Part shown: positions 49,891 to 63,383 of the stretch, one piece after another
How the letters are laid out: every line of letters starts with the position of its first letter
Numbering within the stretch: the first letter of the stretch is position 1
DNA from: Lama guanicoe
Taxonomy: Eukaryota
Direction: 5' to 3'
NCBI GenBank assembly: GCA_013239625.1
Contig: MU053652.1
Location: forward strand, 5,509,902-5,573,901
Length of the DNA stretch: 64,000 nt
Notes under the pieces: generated by a model
Told to the model about the DNA's origin: nothing
Seen by the model: the letters and a program-made list of their open reading frames with translations, nothing else
The model's database searches: none
Position numbers and translations under genes: made by a program

Positions 49891-50379
49891 AACTATAACT
49901 TGTCCTCAGATTCTTAACACAGTACTCCAGACAGTCTCTACTTATTGATCAGTTTGCACTTAAGGAAAAGAAAAAAAACTTTTGGGCATTCTTGCTAAAC
50001 TCTTTGAGGATCAAGTTCACGTTTTGATCACTGTTATATGTCTAGCACTTTGTGCTGTGCTGGCCAAGAGTAGGTTCTTGGCGAATGTTTGTTGTATAAA
50101 TGAATAGTTCCTGAATTTTTTTTTTCCATTGGAATAAAGAGGCAGCAAATTTCTCTCTGTCAGGTGACCTTTTAGCAAGTCCTCTAAATGGTAGGTGGTC
50201 ACGCATTGTGAAAATTGATTGGTTGACATCCCAGCTTATCTTAGCTCACTTCAAACATTTTTTAGTTCTATAAAATTCAGGTATAGTGAAGGTGGGAGGT
50301 GACAGATTGGGGCCTTGCCAAAACACCCAGAGTGACAGCTATATTGTCTCACTAGCCTTTAAGCATCAGGTAGGGAAGG

Positions 50380-52110
50380 CCTAGTGGACTTCTGCCTCTG
50401 GTATTGTGACAGACTGAGTGTTTTGAGAAACTCTCCTAATTACACATGCTAAGAAATGCTGAATGTCGTATAAATATGTGTAGCCAAGCTCATAAAAATT
50501 TAAGGTAGATGCATAGGGGCTAAAAATGAAGAGAGAGCTCCCACTGTTGGATGGGAGACAAGGTCTTGAGCACGGTAAAGTTGGGACTTATTAAGAACCA
50601 GCAAAAACCAGGAGTCTTGAAGATCTGTACCCTCAGAGAAAAGATGGCTAGAAGAACTCATCTGGCAAAGAAAGTTGCTATGACAAATTATTTGTTCTTG
50701 TCTGGGCTGGGAATGGAGGCATAAAAAGAGTCTCTTTTGAGAATTCAGACTTCATGAGGGTTTGGGGTTTAAATTTACATTATCCACACAGGCTCAAGGA
50801 AACCTCAAGTGAATTAAGATTCCAGTGTGAAAGAGACTCAGAATGTCTGGCTAAATCTGATGAGAATCCTCTTTGGAGGAATGCACACATAGCTGAAGTT
50901 CTTTAGAATCTCCACGGATTGAGATCAGCCATATATGAGTTCACAGCAAAAAGTTAGCAGTTACACAGAGTACACAAGCCATTATGTAAAAACCAAACCA
51001 AACAAAGAACAGTAGACTCAGATATCCCAAGGACCTCAATATAAGAATGATCAAAGTAAAAAAATAAACTAAGTATCCTTAAAATGTTTATAGAAATGAA
51101 AGACAGCTTTTAAAACATGAGCAAGGAACAAGAAGCTATTAAAAATGACTAGGCAGAATTTGAAGAAGAATCAAATGAAATTCTGTAAATAAAGATTATT
51201 ATCTTTGAAATTGAAAACTTAGAGAAAAAAAGGTTTTAACTGCCAAATATATATTTTTTTGATAATCTGATTGATAAAAGGTTTGAGTTTACAACATTCT
51301 TGAAGGAATACACATAGAAAAGTATAAAAATCATAAGTTTAAAATATAACCTTATGAATTTTCACAAATTAAATGCAACATGTAAGCAGTATTTAGGTCA
51401 AGAAACAGAATGTTATCAGCATCTTAGAAGCTCCTTCATGTACTCTTCCAGATAATCTCCCCACTCCAAGGATAAATCCTATCCTGAATTCTAATACCAT
51501 AGTTAGTTTTGCCTGCTATTTTTTTTAAATTTGTAAATGAATTTATATCATATATTCTGTTTTGCATATGACCTTTATCTCTCAGTACATGAAAATAATA
51601 AAAATATGAAATTAATTTATATTTTTCTATTATTTATAGATTTCTTTTTGTTATTGGATATAGTATTCCAGTGTGCAAATATACCACACTTTTTTTATCC
51701 ATTTTATTCCTGATGGGCATTTGGGTAGCTTCCAGGTTTTGGCGATTGTTTATCCATTTCTGTTGGTTTATATGTAGGAGTGGAATGGCCAGGTCATACA
51801 GTATGCATGTGTCCAGCATCAGTAGAGCTGCCTAACAGTTCCCAACCTTTTCTAACCTAGGTTAGAGCTTGTGTGGAAATACAACAAATAAAACTGTATT
51901 CAAAGTGTCAGAACAAAAATAAAAACATACTAATGAAATGGGTAGATTAACAATAGATTAGACACAGTGAGGAAAGAATCGGTGATTTGGAGGGTAAATA
52001 TGAGAAATTACCCAGGATGTAGCACAGAAAGACAAAGGGATTGAAAAAGAGAGAAACTGAGACATGAAGTAGAAAATTAGAAGAATTCAACTTATGTCTA
52101 ACTGAAGAAG
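50380..52110 (+). mobile_element. Old L1-type 5'/ORF1 relic, interrupted by a minus-strand L1 3' fragment (~51290-51845)
   Basis: A-rich ORF1-like sequence (gaagaagaatcaaatgaaattctg...; caatagattagacacagtgaggaaagaatc...gaaattacccaggatgtagcacagaaagac) on both sides of an inverted segment whose minus peptide reads LYDLAIPLLHI...NLEATQMP (L1 ORF2 C-terminus-like). Confidence 0.65.
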
Positions 52111-52154
52111 GCTCAGTGGAATTCAGTTAGAGAAAGACAGCCTAAAATTATCTC

Positions 52155-52425
52155 AACATTATCCAATAGAAATTTAATGTGAGCCACACATGTAGAAATT
52201 TAAAAATTTCTAGTGTATATGTATTAACTCAAAATATACAAAATATTCTCATTTCAATAGGTAATTGATATCAAAATTATTAATGAAGTATTTCATACTT
52301 TTTTTATTCGAAGTCTTCAAAATCTGGTGTATAATTTTACACTTATAGAACATCTTAATTTATACTAGTTGCATTTCAAGTGTTCGATACCCACATGTGG
52401 CTAGTGACTACCATATTAGTGCAGA
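52155..52425. mobile_element. MER33/MER3-like hAT-Charlie MITE
   Basis: tccaatagaaatttaatgtgagccacacatgta...catttcaagtgttcgatacccacatgtggctagtgactaccatatt. Confidence 0.85.
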
Positions 52426-53718
52426 TCTAACCAGTGAAGGTATATAGGGAAGAGAAACTGACTGAAGGTCACTAGGTGTCTGGAGAAGTGAGCCAGTTGA
52501 AGCAGAGGGCTGTGTGGTGAGGGCGGGAGGAATGTGGGTAAGTGGAACATCACAGTGGTGGCATCGAGTTTGAAGTTTACAAGCACTCATATCCCTCTGT
52601 ACATTTATTCTGCCCTTCAGCATCCAGTGAGTGGCAAAATTACAGCTGTTCAGGAGTTCAGAGCAATAATAAACAATAGCTTAGTACATGAAGAGAGATA
52701 TATCATATCTATTGAATTTACAGAGGGGATTTGGAAACTCGAAGTTTAATTATCCTCATGCAAATTTGACCAGAAGCCTAAAGTGAACATGTCTGACATT
52801 TACATCAAAGTTCACTGTGTTTATTAATAGAAGCAGGCAGGTTGGAAGTGGTTTTTATTTCATTGGCTGTAATGATATGAAAACTTGACAATGAATATAA
52901 GTAGGTTGTTATCTTGGTTTTTATGTCTCAGTTAAAAGATAGCACCATGTCTAGTGTGCTCGCACAACACAAAAGCTGTATCATCAGGCTCTGAATCAAA
53001 TGAACTTGACCTCAAAGACCTCCGACTTCCTGGGAAATTCTATGTTTGGGAAGATAAGCGACTGTAGTCAGTTGGGTCACTGTTGGAGCACCTTCAACAG
53101 CAGTGAAGCAAGGTGCTTGGAATCTCTGTCCAGCCTCTGTTTTGAAAAGTAGTAATAAAGTTGCAAATGTATTTTTGTCCTTAAAAACACCTCCAAAGTG
53201 CTGTATTTATTTGTGTAATCATAACACTTTTTATGCTGGCTCTGCCAGTCCAAAAATAGGGGTGTGACTCTTACACAAGGGAGACCATTATGTGAGGTTG
53301 GGATCTTTATGATGGAAAAAATTTCTTTTTCTGTTGGTCTAAGTATGAGACTGACTCAGCCAAATAAGTGCTGCTGGTATGTTTGATTATGAGGCTAGTA
53401 GTGAAATTATTAGTTTAATGCAGTTATCTCAAATACTGGAACATTAGTGATCTAGAATGTTCTACTCTATTAACCTTTGAGATACTCTTTATACTGGCTT
53501 TCAGAAGTTTAGGAAACAGTCTCCGTCTAATGTAGGACTTACACTAAGCTGATCATCATACAGAATATGTAAAAGCATATTTGTCAGATGTTGAGCCTTT
53601 TAATTATGCCTCTTATCTATGACACCAAGGGGGAACTTTTCGAAGCCAATGCCTATATCCTCCTGGTGTCAGGAGATTGAGTTTACTGGTGATGCTGAAG
53701 ATCACCCAGTGGAAAGTA

Positions 53719-54009
53719 CAATCAGCCCTCCATATCTGAATGGTTCCTCAGATTGAAAATATTAAAAAAAAATTCCGGAAAGTCCCAAAAAGCAAAATTT
53801 GAATTAGTTACCTGCAGGCAACTCTTTATGTAGCTTTACATTATATTGGGCATTGTAAGTAAATCTAGAGATGATTTAAAGTATATGGGAGGATGGGCTT
53901 AGGTTATATGCAAGTACTATACCATTTTATATAAGGGACGTGAGCATCTGAGGAATTTGGTATCTGCAGAGTCCTGGAACCAATCCTAGTTGATACCAAG
54001 AGACAACTG
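53719..54009 (-). mobile_element. MER2-like TcMar-Tigger MITE
   Basis: TA flanks (53717-18, 54010-11), degenerate TIRs, and the core ctagagatgatttaaagtatatgggaggatg...ccattttatataagggac. Confidence 0.85.
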
Positions 54010-56094
54010 TAGAGTTGGAGTGTCTGTGTGACTAAGGAAAAGTCGCTGATTACTTTATCTTTGGGTACTTTTGCAATAAAAAGTTTCCTCATATATATTA
54101 GGACTGTAGGGAACCATAGGGGTCATTTACTCTCACTTCACACCCAAATTACTAGAATTCTCAAAAAAGCATCTGAGTCAAATGACCATCCAGGTTTGGC
54201 TTGAATGCTGGACGAGCGGTTACTCCCTTACAACACTGTTCTCTCTTTTGCTTGATATTTCACAGGGTTAGAATGTTTTTCTTTTATTGAGCCCAAACCT
54301 TTCCAGCTAACTCCTAACTCACAGGGGCTTGGGAGGTAAACCATCATAAATGTAAATTTTTTAAAAACAAAGTAAAAAGACAGTATATACACCTGTATCG
54401 GTACGTTTAAAGACTGGATCTCCCCGAATGGATCTCCTCTAACTCGTGATGCCTAATTTCTTGCTTTTCTTTCAGCAACTCTAAACTGAAAGGATCAACA
54501 TCTTTGTGGTGTGGTTCCATAATTTAGGCACTGAGTTTCTGTGGGTTTGTCCTGAAAGCAGAGAAAAGAATTCTGCCTCTCTAGGCTTGCCAGGAGCCCT
54601 CACTTCTTTTTTTTTTAATTTAATAGCTGGTTTTACCCTTGTCCTCAGAGTCAAACATTCAGACTCTTGACAGGGTTAGGAATCCTCCCGTTTCTACTCA
54701 GAGCTTGCTCACCAGGCCTCCAGAGCCTTGTAGCTTTCTTCAGAGTTGGGATGGCAGATGAATTGCATGCATGTGGACACTGGTGGTCCATGGGGACCCC
54801 ACAATCACAGTGTGTCTCTGATTTGTTGCCCTGTTAAATAGGACAGTCGCTCATTCAGCTGGTATTTCTTGAGAGTCCAAGGTTGGTGCTTAGTGTCTTT
54901 CTTGGGAAGCCCTCAATATCTTCCTCAATCTGGCATGTCATGTTCAGAAGACCCTTAGTGAAGATGGATCTGTTCCAGCTGGTTGTGGTGGCCCAGAGGA
55001 GCTGGACTGGACCTCAGTGGGATTTCCCCTTGGGTGGATGAGCATTCCCAAAGACTTTACTCCCCATCGTCCCCTGCCCCCATGCTGGTCTTGGTCGCTA
55101 CAAAAGTCTTTGTGGAGGATGCTGGCATCCCCTTGGTCCACTGTACTCGTACCACCCTGGAAACTCTGAATCCAGCTCTGAAGGTTTGGAATGCAGACTT
55201 GGGCAGGGAAGGGTGTGGCAAATAGAGCAGCAGGGCCAGGTGAAGGAGGGGTGCTGCTCCCAGGGTTTCTCGGGTGGACGCCCTTCAGTCAACTCAATGT
55301 TCCTCTTTTACCGGACGCTCAACACTGAGATCTTGGCTGGGCTTCATACAGGGCAGCATATCCTGGACTTTGGGAAAGGTGGTGGGGCCATAAGGAGCTT
55401 TCTTTCTGGTTTAGCACTTGACCCTGATTCTAGGGTAACTTCTTCCCGACAGCTGCTCTGTATTCCTGCTCCTCAAATGGAGTTTGAAGGTGAATTTCCT
55501 TCCTCAGCAATCTGAGTGCACACTGAAGGTGCAGTGTTTTGTTCTAGGTGCTAAATCTTGTGGGGCAGAGAGAGGGGAGAAGCCTGAACTGTATTTAGAT
55601 GAAGGCGGTAAGTCCCTCGGCTGACGGTGAGCTGGCCCTTGGCTTCTCGCAGCAGTGGAGCCACACCAAGCAGAACCCCCATTTTAAGTGTTTGTATCCC
55701 TGATGTTGAAACAAACACACTATCAGACATTCCAGGGTCTCGCATGGAGGATGGCATTGGGAACTTTGTGTCCCCAAGGAAATGTCAGGCATTGAAAAAC
55801 TCAAGTAACAGGAAAAAGAAAAGGACAGAAACTCAGGCAGCTTACATGCCAGAAAACTCAATGTCACTTCCTAATGAAATGACTGAACACAAGTGACTGC
55901 TGTGATTACAGGCAGAGTGAGGGGGAGGAGAGGCCAGGATAACACGCCGTGTCAGGGGTACTGAAACAGGGGGTTGGAGGCCTAAGAATGGCAGATCTGT
56001 GAGATTTGAGGTGAACAAGCAAGGTGATAATTATGAAAGCTTGATAATTGTTTGTTTATGGGTTTGCCTCCTGGAGGGATCCTGAGTTCCACAG

Positions 56095-56330
56095 GGGAGG
56101 TGGCATAGCGCAGGTTGGCTTTGGAGTCTCAGTGTTTGGGTGCAAATCCTGGCTCCCTACTTGTTTTTTAAGTTACTCCATATGTCTCTGCCTCAGCTTC
56201 ATCATCTATAAAACACAGCCATTGCCATAGCATCTTCCTCACAGGGTTGTGAGGTGGGCATTTTAAATGGCGGGACAAGTACTTAGCGTGGTGGCTAGTA
56301 CTTCTTATGTGTTAGATATTATTATCATTA
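56095..56330 (+). mobile_element. MIR SINE
   Basis: ggctttggagtctc...gggtgcaaatcctggctcc...tctctgcctcagcttcatcatctataaaa...cctcacagggttgtgagg. Confidence 0.8.
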
Positions 56331-59029
56331 TCTATGTCTCTCTAGCCCAGACTAGTACTTTGCTCACAGCAGACATTCAGTAAATGCATGTTGAATAAAT
56401 AAGTGAGCATTTATGATTAGTGTTTTAATAAAAGTTTCATCTTCATTTAATTACTTCCCTCTCTTGCTGGCTAATATTACTTGCTGCCTTACCAAGACAT
56501 ATAAAAAACTCTGGACTAAGGGTTCTGAAAATAATGAAGGATCAAATGCATAAGATAGTGCGTGCAAATATTTTCCCTTAAATCAGATTATAATGAGCAT
56601 TTTATAAATCAAAAATAAATTCCCTTCCATCTGCTTTATCATTTTGCAAATACATATTAGTGTGTAACTAACCATATTTCTCCCCAGCTCTGCTCCTTAT
56701 CCTGTTGTTTAATAAAAAAGGGCTGCGTTCTTTCTAACCTCAAAGCCAGAAACCTAGGAGTCCTCATTGCCTCATCTCTTTCCCTCATTCCCCACACCCA
56801 TTCATGCTGTGGACGTACATATAGCCATCTCCTAATTAGCTTCTGAATCTGTTTTGTGTCAGTCTCTGCTATTAAATTGTGTTTAGTCCAGCTACTGTCA
56901 TCTCTTGTCTAAAATAATGTCACAGTGCCCTGACTGATAAAGAAAAGTCTTCTGGGAATGTCCAAGGCAACCAATGTTTGAACTCCCTGCTGGCAATCTC
57001 TCCAGTGTTCATGCACATAGCATTTATGAAAGACTTAAGCATCTCAAATTTCTATGGGTTTGCAGAATATTGGAGGTTTTTTCTTTCTCTCTTCTTACAT
57101 TGTGTACAAGAAGCCTACTGCTGAATCTAGTTGAACGTGCATTTGAGGTGCATAAGCCTTGAAGTTTTTTCTGTCGTTTGCTGTTATAGAGGTGTATTAA
57201 TTCCAAGGAAATGAAACTTCTCAGGGTTACAGAAGATCTAGCTGTGGAAAAAAATCCAACACAGAAAGATGGGGAAATCATTTGTATGTACATTAGAGAA
57301 ACTCATTCACTCCAAATTTCTTTAGCGAAGTCCACATATATCATGAGGCTACCCTACTAAGGACCGTTGGTAGCCAGGGAAAGTCACATAGAACTACAGA
57401 AGAATTTTTCAGAATTCAGAGGCTTAAAGTTTCTAAATGGATTAATAGTCTCAAATCAGCTACTCTAAGAGATGACTTTACTGCACTGGGGCAAGCATCT
57501 TTACCACCTTTGGGCAGGCTTAGGTTAGGGAATCCAGAATGGTTAGCGAATCCTGCTTTGCAAGGAATCAGCAAGCACGCTGGTGGAGCAGCGTGACTGT
57601 CCATCACCCACAAGATCCAATTATTCTCACCCTGCAGGTAGAGGCTGAGGGAGATGGTAGGATCCGGCAGGTGGATGGAGAAGTACATTTGTCAGGAAGT
57701 CAATTTGAGTGGCTTAAAGGCTGATTCTGGGAGTCACTCCATTTTTCCTAGGTCTCTCCCATGTTGAAACTTTTTTTTATTTTCTTCTGTTAGGAAAAAA
57801 AAAACAGGGCCTCCTAGTGGAGTCCAGCATTGAGCATCTTCAGCCCAGTCACTCTGTGGGGATGCAGTTGCCTGAGATGGTGGTCCTAAACAAACCTATT
57901 TCAGAAGGAAAAAGAGGGGCCTGTTTTGTTCATGGGCGCTTGGAGGGAGGTGAGGAAAGAGATGAGAAGAGAGGGAAACACATGGAATCCAGCTGGAGAG
58001 CTAGAAAGGAGTAGTGTGTGCGAAAGACCGTGTGAAAGCTTGCGCAGGAAAGAACCATAGGGCCAGGTGACCACCTGAAATTTTAAGAAGCGGGGGAGCC
58101 TCCATCTTCCGCTCTTCGCCTGCCAGGGACCCCAGGGAAGATTTGACACCCTGGATGAGCACACTGGAGGGCTGCAGAGGAACAGTGGAGAGGATGGCTC
58201 CAGAAAGTCAGTGATCTCAGGGAGGCCCTGAGGACGTGGCTGTGAGCCAGGTCTACCTGGGCTCAGGAGGCGAGACCTCGCACAGAGGCCAGAGTGGAGG
58301 AACAGAAGTGGTTGGTTTTGTGCTTCTTGGATGTGAAATGATAGTTTCCCCAAAATGATTAAGGGAGACTTCAAAGGAGGCCTGAGCCCTGGTAACTCAG
58401 GCATTGATGGAAATGTGACTACATTTGTATCCATGGACCGGTGAAATTTGCAACATTTGGAATACATACAGTGCTTTAATTGTAAATTGCTATGATTATG
58501 CTATGTTTAATATGCATCTACATATGTGAGACTCCCAAATTATTTAGCATTAATTTACAAATAAATCATTGAATTTTTTTGCCCAGGAAGGAACTTTAGG
58601 AAAAATCTACTGCAACCCTCATGTTTTAGAGCCAGAGATAAAAATGGGAAATGACTAACCTCTGTGCTATTGGGCAGTTAGGACTGTATCTAGAGTGGGT
58701 CCTAGACTTAGTCATTTTAGAACAAAAAGGAAGAGGAGGGGGGTGAAATAGGAAAAAAAAATCAGAAAAACATATCACATACAATTTGGTTTTACATCAA
58801 GTTAGAATGCCCCAAAGTCACATTTTAACTCCAGTTATGTACCTAACACATCAGTAGTTCTCTAGTTCTGTGAACACTAGTGTATACTGAAGAAAAAGGT
58901 TCTGAAATTTCAGTTCTATTAGGTGTCACTGTGCAGTGTGTCTTTGATCACTCTGTTTTTGGTATCTCCTCCCTGTAGGTTGTTTTTATGAGAGAAATTT
59001 ACTGGTGCTTTCGTTGTGGGAGGGAACAC

Positions 59030-59610
59030 GGGCCAGCCTGCTCCCATCTCAGAGCCTTGCTCTGGTTTCCTCTTCCTTGAATAACACTCTTCTTCTAAAT
59101 CATCCTAAAACTGTTTCCTTGTCTTTTAAGTCTCAGCTCAAGAATCACCTCTCTTGGAAGACTGTCACTCCTCACCCTACCCACCCCAGCCTGGCTATCT
59201 CTATCCCAGTGACTGTCAAAGGAGGGCAATTCTGTCCCCTAAGAAACAGTTCCCAATGTCTGTCATGACTGGGGTCAGGGTGCTAGTGGGTGGCAGTCAG
59301 TGATGATGCTAAATATCCTGTCATGCACAAGACAGCTCCTCACAGCAAAGAATCATCTTGTCAAAAATGTGACTAGTGCCAGGGTTGAGAAACCCAGCTC
59401 CCACCCATTGCCTTTCCTTTGTTTTCCTACTGTTGCTCCACAGTCTTTTTTGCTTACACACTTTTCCATCTGTTACCTCCCATCCCACCTCCTTGAGTGG
59501 AAGCTCTACAAGGCCAGGAACTGGGTTTTGTTCACTAGCACAGAGGCTTCCAGAACAGTACATAGAGTATGTGCTCCCCAAAATAGGAATTAAATTGATT
59601 GAATGGATGA
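59030..59610 (+). mobile_element. LINE-2 3' fragment containing a MER20
   Basis: tttaagtctcagctcaagaatcacctc...gagtggaagctctacaaggccaggaactgggttttgttcact...ttgattgaatggatga. Confidence 0.7.
59207..59397 (+). mobile_element. MER20-like hAT-Charlie MITE
   Basis: gatgatgctaaatatcctgtcatgcacaagacagctcctcacagcaaagaatcatc...aaaatgtgactagtgccagggttgagaaaccc. Confidence 0.85.
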
Positions 59611-61229
59611 CTCTGTCGTTACTCCTGGAAAAATAACTTCCAGGGCCAGCCATGCCGATGGCCCAGAATTCTCATGGATAAGAGAAACCAAGGCAAAAGC
59701 AGCAGGGAAAATAGAATGGCTCTTTTCTTTTTGGTCTCATGCAATCAAGATCAGCACAATTTTGTCTTTCAGAAAACCGACAAGTGAAAAACGTTGAAGG
59801 TTATTGAAAGCGAGTGTGTGACAGCTGTCAGTGTAATCCTGTAGCTCCTGTAACAGTGGTTACCTAGGCTCAGGCTGCCAAGGGGAATGGAAATGAAGCC
59901 ATTTGTACAGGAGCTACATTTGGCAAAGAGTAACAACTTATTGATTCAGGCTGTCCAGGAAGGCCTTGTTTCTTCTCCATGTCTTTTCATCCCCAGTCTG
60001 GGTTGAACTGAGAACACAAATTCTACTCAAATGTATTAACAGCTTTCTAATGTAAGCTATCAGTCATGAAGAAATGGAAAGAATTATTTGAACCATTCCA
60101 AAAAACCAGAGTTTCAAGCTGGTTTATTTCACTTGATATATTATTTAAAAAAAAAAAAAAGAAAGAAAGAAAGAAAAGGAAAGAGCAATGCTGCCCTGAT
60201 GCCAAGTCCGAGATGCATCAGTACACTTTCTCAGTAGAACTGAATAATATATTAGTGAGCACATCTCACCAGCAAATGTGATCAGGAGCCTTGCGGAAAT
60301 AAAGACGGAAAAGTGCCTTAACAGCTTTAAAATTCACAGATGGCAAATCAAGTCAAAGATCTGTTTATCACCCTCCGAACGCTCAGGAAAAGGCACATCC
60401 GAGGGCTAGGAGGTTTCCAATGGCAGCTGCTGCACTTGAGCAAACCTCGGTGGAACCCTTGACTCTCTGGTACGAAGCTCTTCTGGTGTCTTGCTGCACA
60501 ACGGGGAGGCTGCTTTCCTGGCCACACGGCTTCTGTGCGATGAAACCGTGAAGCCCTGGTGCTTTGCCTGCAGCATCTGAAGGCAAAAATGAGAGCGTCA
60601 GATTTGTGTAATAATGCACGGGAGATTGTTATGTCATGTTCTGTGATTTCATAAAATCTTGCATAAACAGCTGGATATAGAATATTACAGAAGAGTAAAA
60701 GCTGCTTTCTAGTGTTCAGGCTCTTTTTAACCTACAATTCAGTGAATGTGACACACATTCACTGTGCAGCTTGGCCACCACATTTTTTATGCCATGAAAA
60801 TATAAATTGATTAATGAACTCTATAATCAGAACCTTAATACATTTTGACAACTTATATTTAGCATGTTATAATTTTAAAAATATTTAATGCGATCCCTTT
60901 TTATTTGCACTACCTACCTTTAAACAATTTTATGAAAATTAAAAAGGAATTCTACACTCCAGACATTTCGTTTCTAGCTACGAGGTATTTATTCTTCTTT
61001 CTGACTGTGAGGAAATGGCCTCAAGGCTGTGGCTTCATTGAGCTAAAAAGACAAAAGCTGTCTGAAGTTGGGGATTCTCAATCCTACCTCTGTGAATCAC
61101 CATTAGGTCAGAGGGATCGCAAAAGAAGAGGATGGCTGATTAATTTTTAAGGAGTCTAGGATGAAACAGGGGGTACCTGAAGAGGTTCATGATCTTCTGT
61201 AAGTGAATGAGTGAAGATTTTATTTGAGT

Positions 61230-61480
61230 AGAGACAGGCTTTGGAGTTATGTGAACTCGAGTCCAGATTCTGGCTCATCCATTTACTAGGCCTTGAATGA
61301 CTTTAACTACTTAAACTTCTCAGAGTCTGTGTTGGTAAAGTGGGGATTAGTCATAAGTACCTTGTAGGATTATTGTAAGAACTAGGAATGTGTGTAGGAT
61401 TATTGCAAGGACTAGGTATGTGTGTGGAAAGTGCTTTGTAGCCTGGCACCCATTCGGCATTAATAGATGGTAGCTATTAG
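61230..61480 (+). mobile_element. MIR SINE with an internal 30-bp tandem duplication
   Basis: caggctttggagtta...tggctcatccatttactag...tacttaaacttctcagagtct; duplicated unit at 61363-92 / 61393-422. Confidence 0.75.
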
Positions 61481-62434
61481 CAACATCTGTTTGTAAACAA
61501 GCAGAATGGAAAGCATTAAGAATCTGGAAAGTTCTGTTTTTGTGATAATTCTTATAATATTTATGAAACAGAATCGATGATGTAAATATAATATACACAC
61601 ACAACACATATACACAAATGTACACCTGCACTCACATTCTCAGCCGGAGTTTGTTCCTGAGACATCAGATTCTAGAAGGCATCTTTCAGCCTTTCAGCCT
61701 TTGGCTTCCCAGTGAAGGTGCAGCTGCTTAACAGCAGAGTCCAGATTGTCCATTTTACCTAATGCCTCATCAGGTACAAAGAATGTGCTGAACATGATGT
61801 GTTGAAAGATGAAAATTTGTTCCCAAATAACCATTTGGGGCAATGTTTATTTCTACCTTTTCTTTCTTAAGGTTATGACAATTTCTTTTCTTTTTTTTCT
61901 TATGAGTTGGGGACAAAAAGAGAAGTGCCTGGAGCAATTTTTCTCCACAGCCTTATTCATGTGCACACTGGGCAGAAGATGAAGGAGAAAACTGGTTCCT
62001 GGGTGATCCCTCCTGAATTCCCACACTTTTCTTCCAGGTGCGAGGGAGTCATCTTCCCCTGCGCCCTCTTGGCACTCCCAAAGAAGAAACAATAAAAACC
62101 CCAGAGGGCTGCTGTATTTGAAGCTATTCAAAACATGTTTGGGTACATTTTTGACTGTTCGTACTAGCATAACGCTGTCTCTATTTTCGCAGTTGGAAAA
62201 AACATATGTGTTTTATTGCAACATAAAGAATAACTACAAAAAGTAATAAAACCACAGTCCCCTACAAATGTCATCATAAGTGGCTCTGCGTCCCTCTGTG
62301 TCAATCCTTTAATCGGATCCCAGATCTCTGCTTAGACTGTCAGAGGAGTTATGTAATAAGATCATTAAACATATTTTCACAAATTCTGACCCTGAATAAG
62401 ATGAAAGACTTATTAGGAAGGTTTAATTGAGAGG

Positions 62435-62650
62435 GAAGCATGGAAAAGCATGACTTAGAACTCTCGAGAAGCAGTCCCACATCTGCCACTTACTAGCTAG
62501 GTGACCTTGGGGAACGTGCTTAGTGCCAGTTTTGCTCATCTTTATAATGGGAATGAAACCACGAACACTTCAAGTTTTTGCGTGGATCAGAAGGGATAGC
62601 CATGAACCACTAAGGACAGTATCTATCTGGCACAAAATAGGTGTTTGATA
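62435..62650 (+). mobile_element. MIR SINE
   Basis: tctgccacttactagctaggtgaccttggggaacg...cagttttgctcatctttataatgggaatga. Confidence 0.8.
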
Positions 62651-62943
62651 AAAGATAAACTTCCTTCTCCTCTCCCTCATTTTATTTTTAAAAAGAGACT
62701 AGTCACCCTACTGGCCTATCTTAGGGTGAGTATTTGCATTTGTGACTATCAGTGAGACAACAGGAAAGCACTTTGTAAACATACAGCACAGCATCAGCAC
62801 AGGCAATAGGGCTGACAGACTGTGTGACCCGAGACAGGACAAAGCTGTGTATCTGTTGAGAAGTTGGTGAAGATTCCGAGTTAACTTTGACTCCCTTTGA
62901 AAGTCACTCGTAATGGAGAGGGGAGTAGCTTTTGCACCCTGTA

Positions 62944-63383
62944 TCTACTGGGTCGGATAGTGTTCCTCCAAAATCATGTCTACCTGGAACCTCAGAATGT
63001 GACTTTATTTGGAAAAAGGGTCTTCAGAGATGTAATTAGTTAAGGTGAAGTCACACTAGATTAGGAAGGATGGGCTCTAATCCAATGACTTGCCTCCTTA
63101 TAAGAAGAGGAAACAGATACACAGTCACACAATGAGGGGAAGGCCATGTGAATATGGAGGCAGAGACTGGAGGGAGCCAGGGACTACCAAGAATCACTAG
63201 CGACTAGTAGAAGATGGAAGAAGCAAGGAGGATGCTTTCCTAGAACCTTCAGAGAGCACATGGCCCTGTTGACACCTTGATCTCAGACTTCCAGCCTCCA
63301 GAACTGTGAGAGAATAAGTTTCTGTTGTTTTAAGCCACTCAGTTTGTGGTACTTTGTTACAGCACCCTTAGGAACCCAATACA
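62944..63383 (+). mobile_element. Full-length solo MaLR LTR (MLT1C-like)
   Basis: ggaacctcagaatgtgactttatttggaaa...ccagcctccagaactgtgagagaataagtttctgttgttttaagccac...aataca; perfect 5-bp TSD CTGTA (62939-43, 63384-88). Confidence 0.92.

Noticed and set aside
57680..57805. Possible retroposed LTR-like fragment ending in an A-run
   Set aside because: No clear TSD or termini.
57901..58467. 188-aa minus-strand ORF
   Set aside because: No recognisable domain or splice support; consistent with chance.
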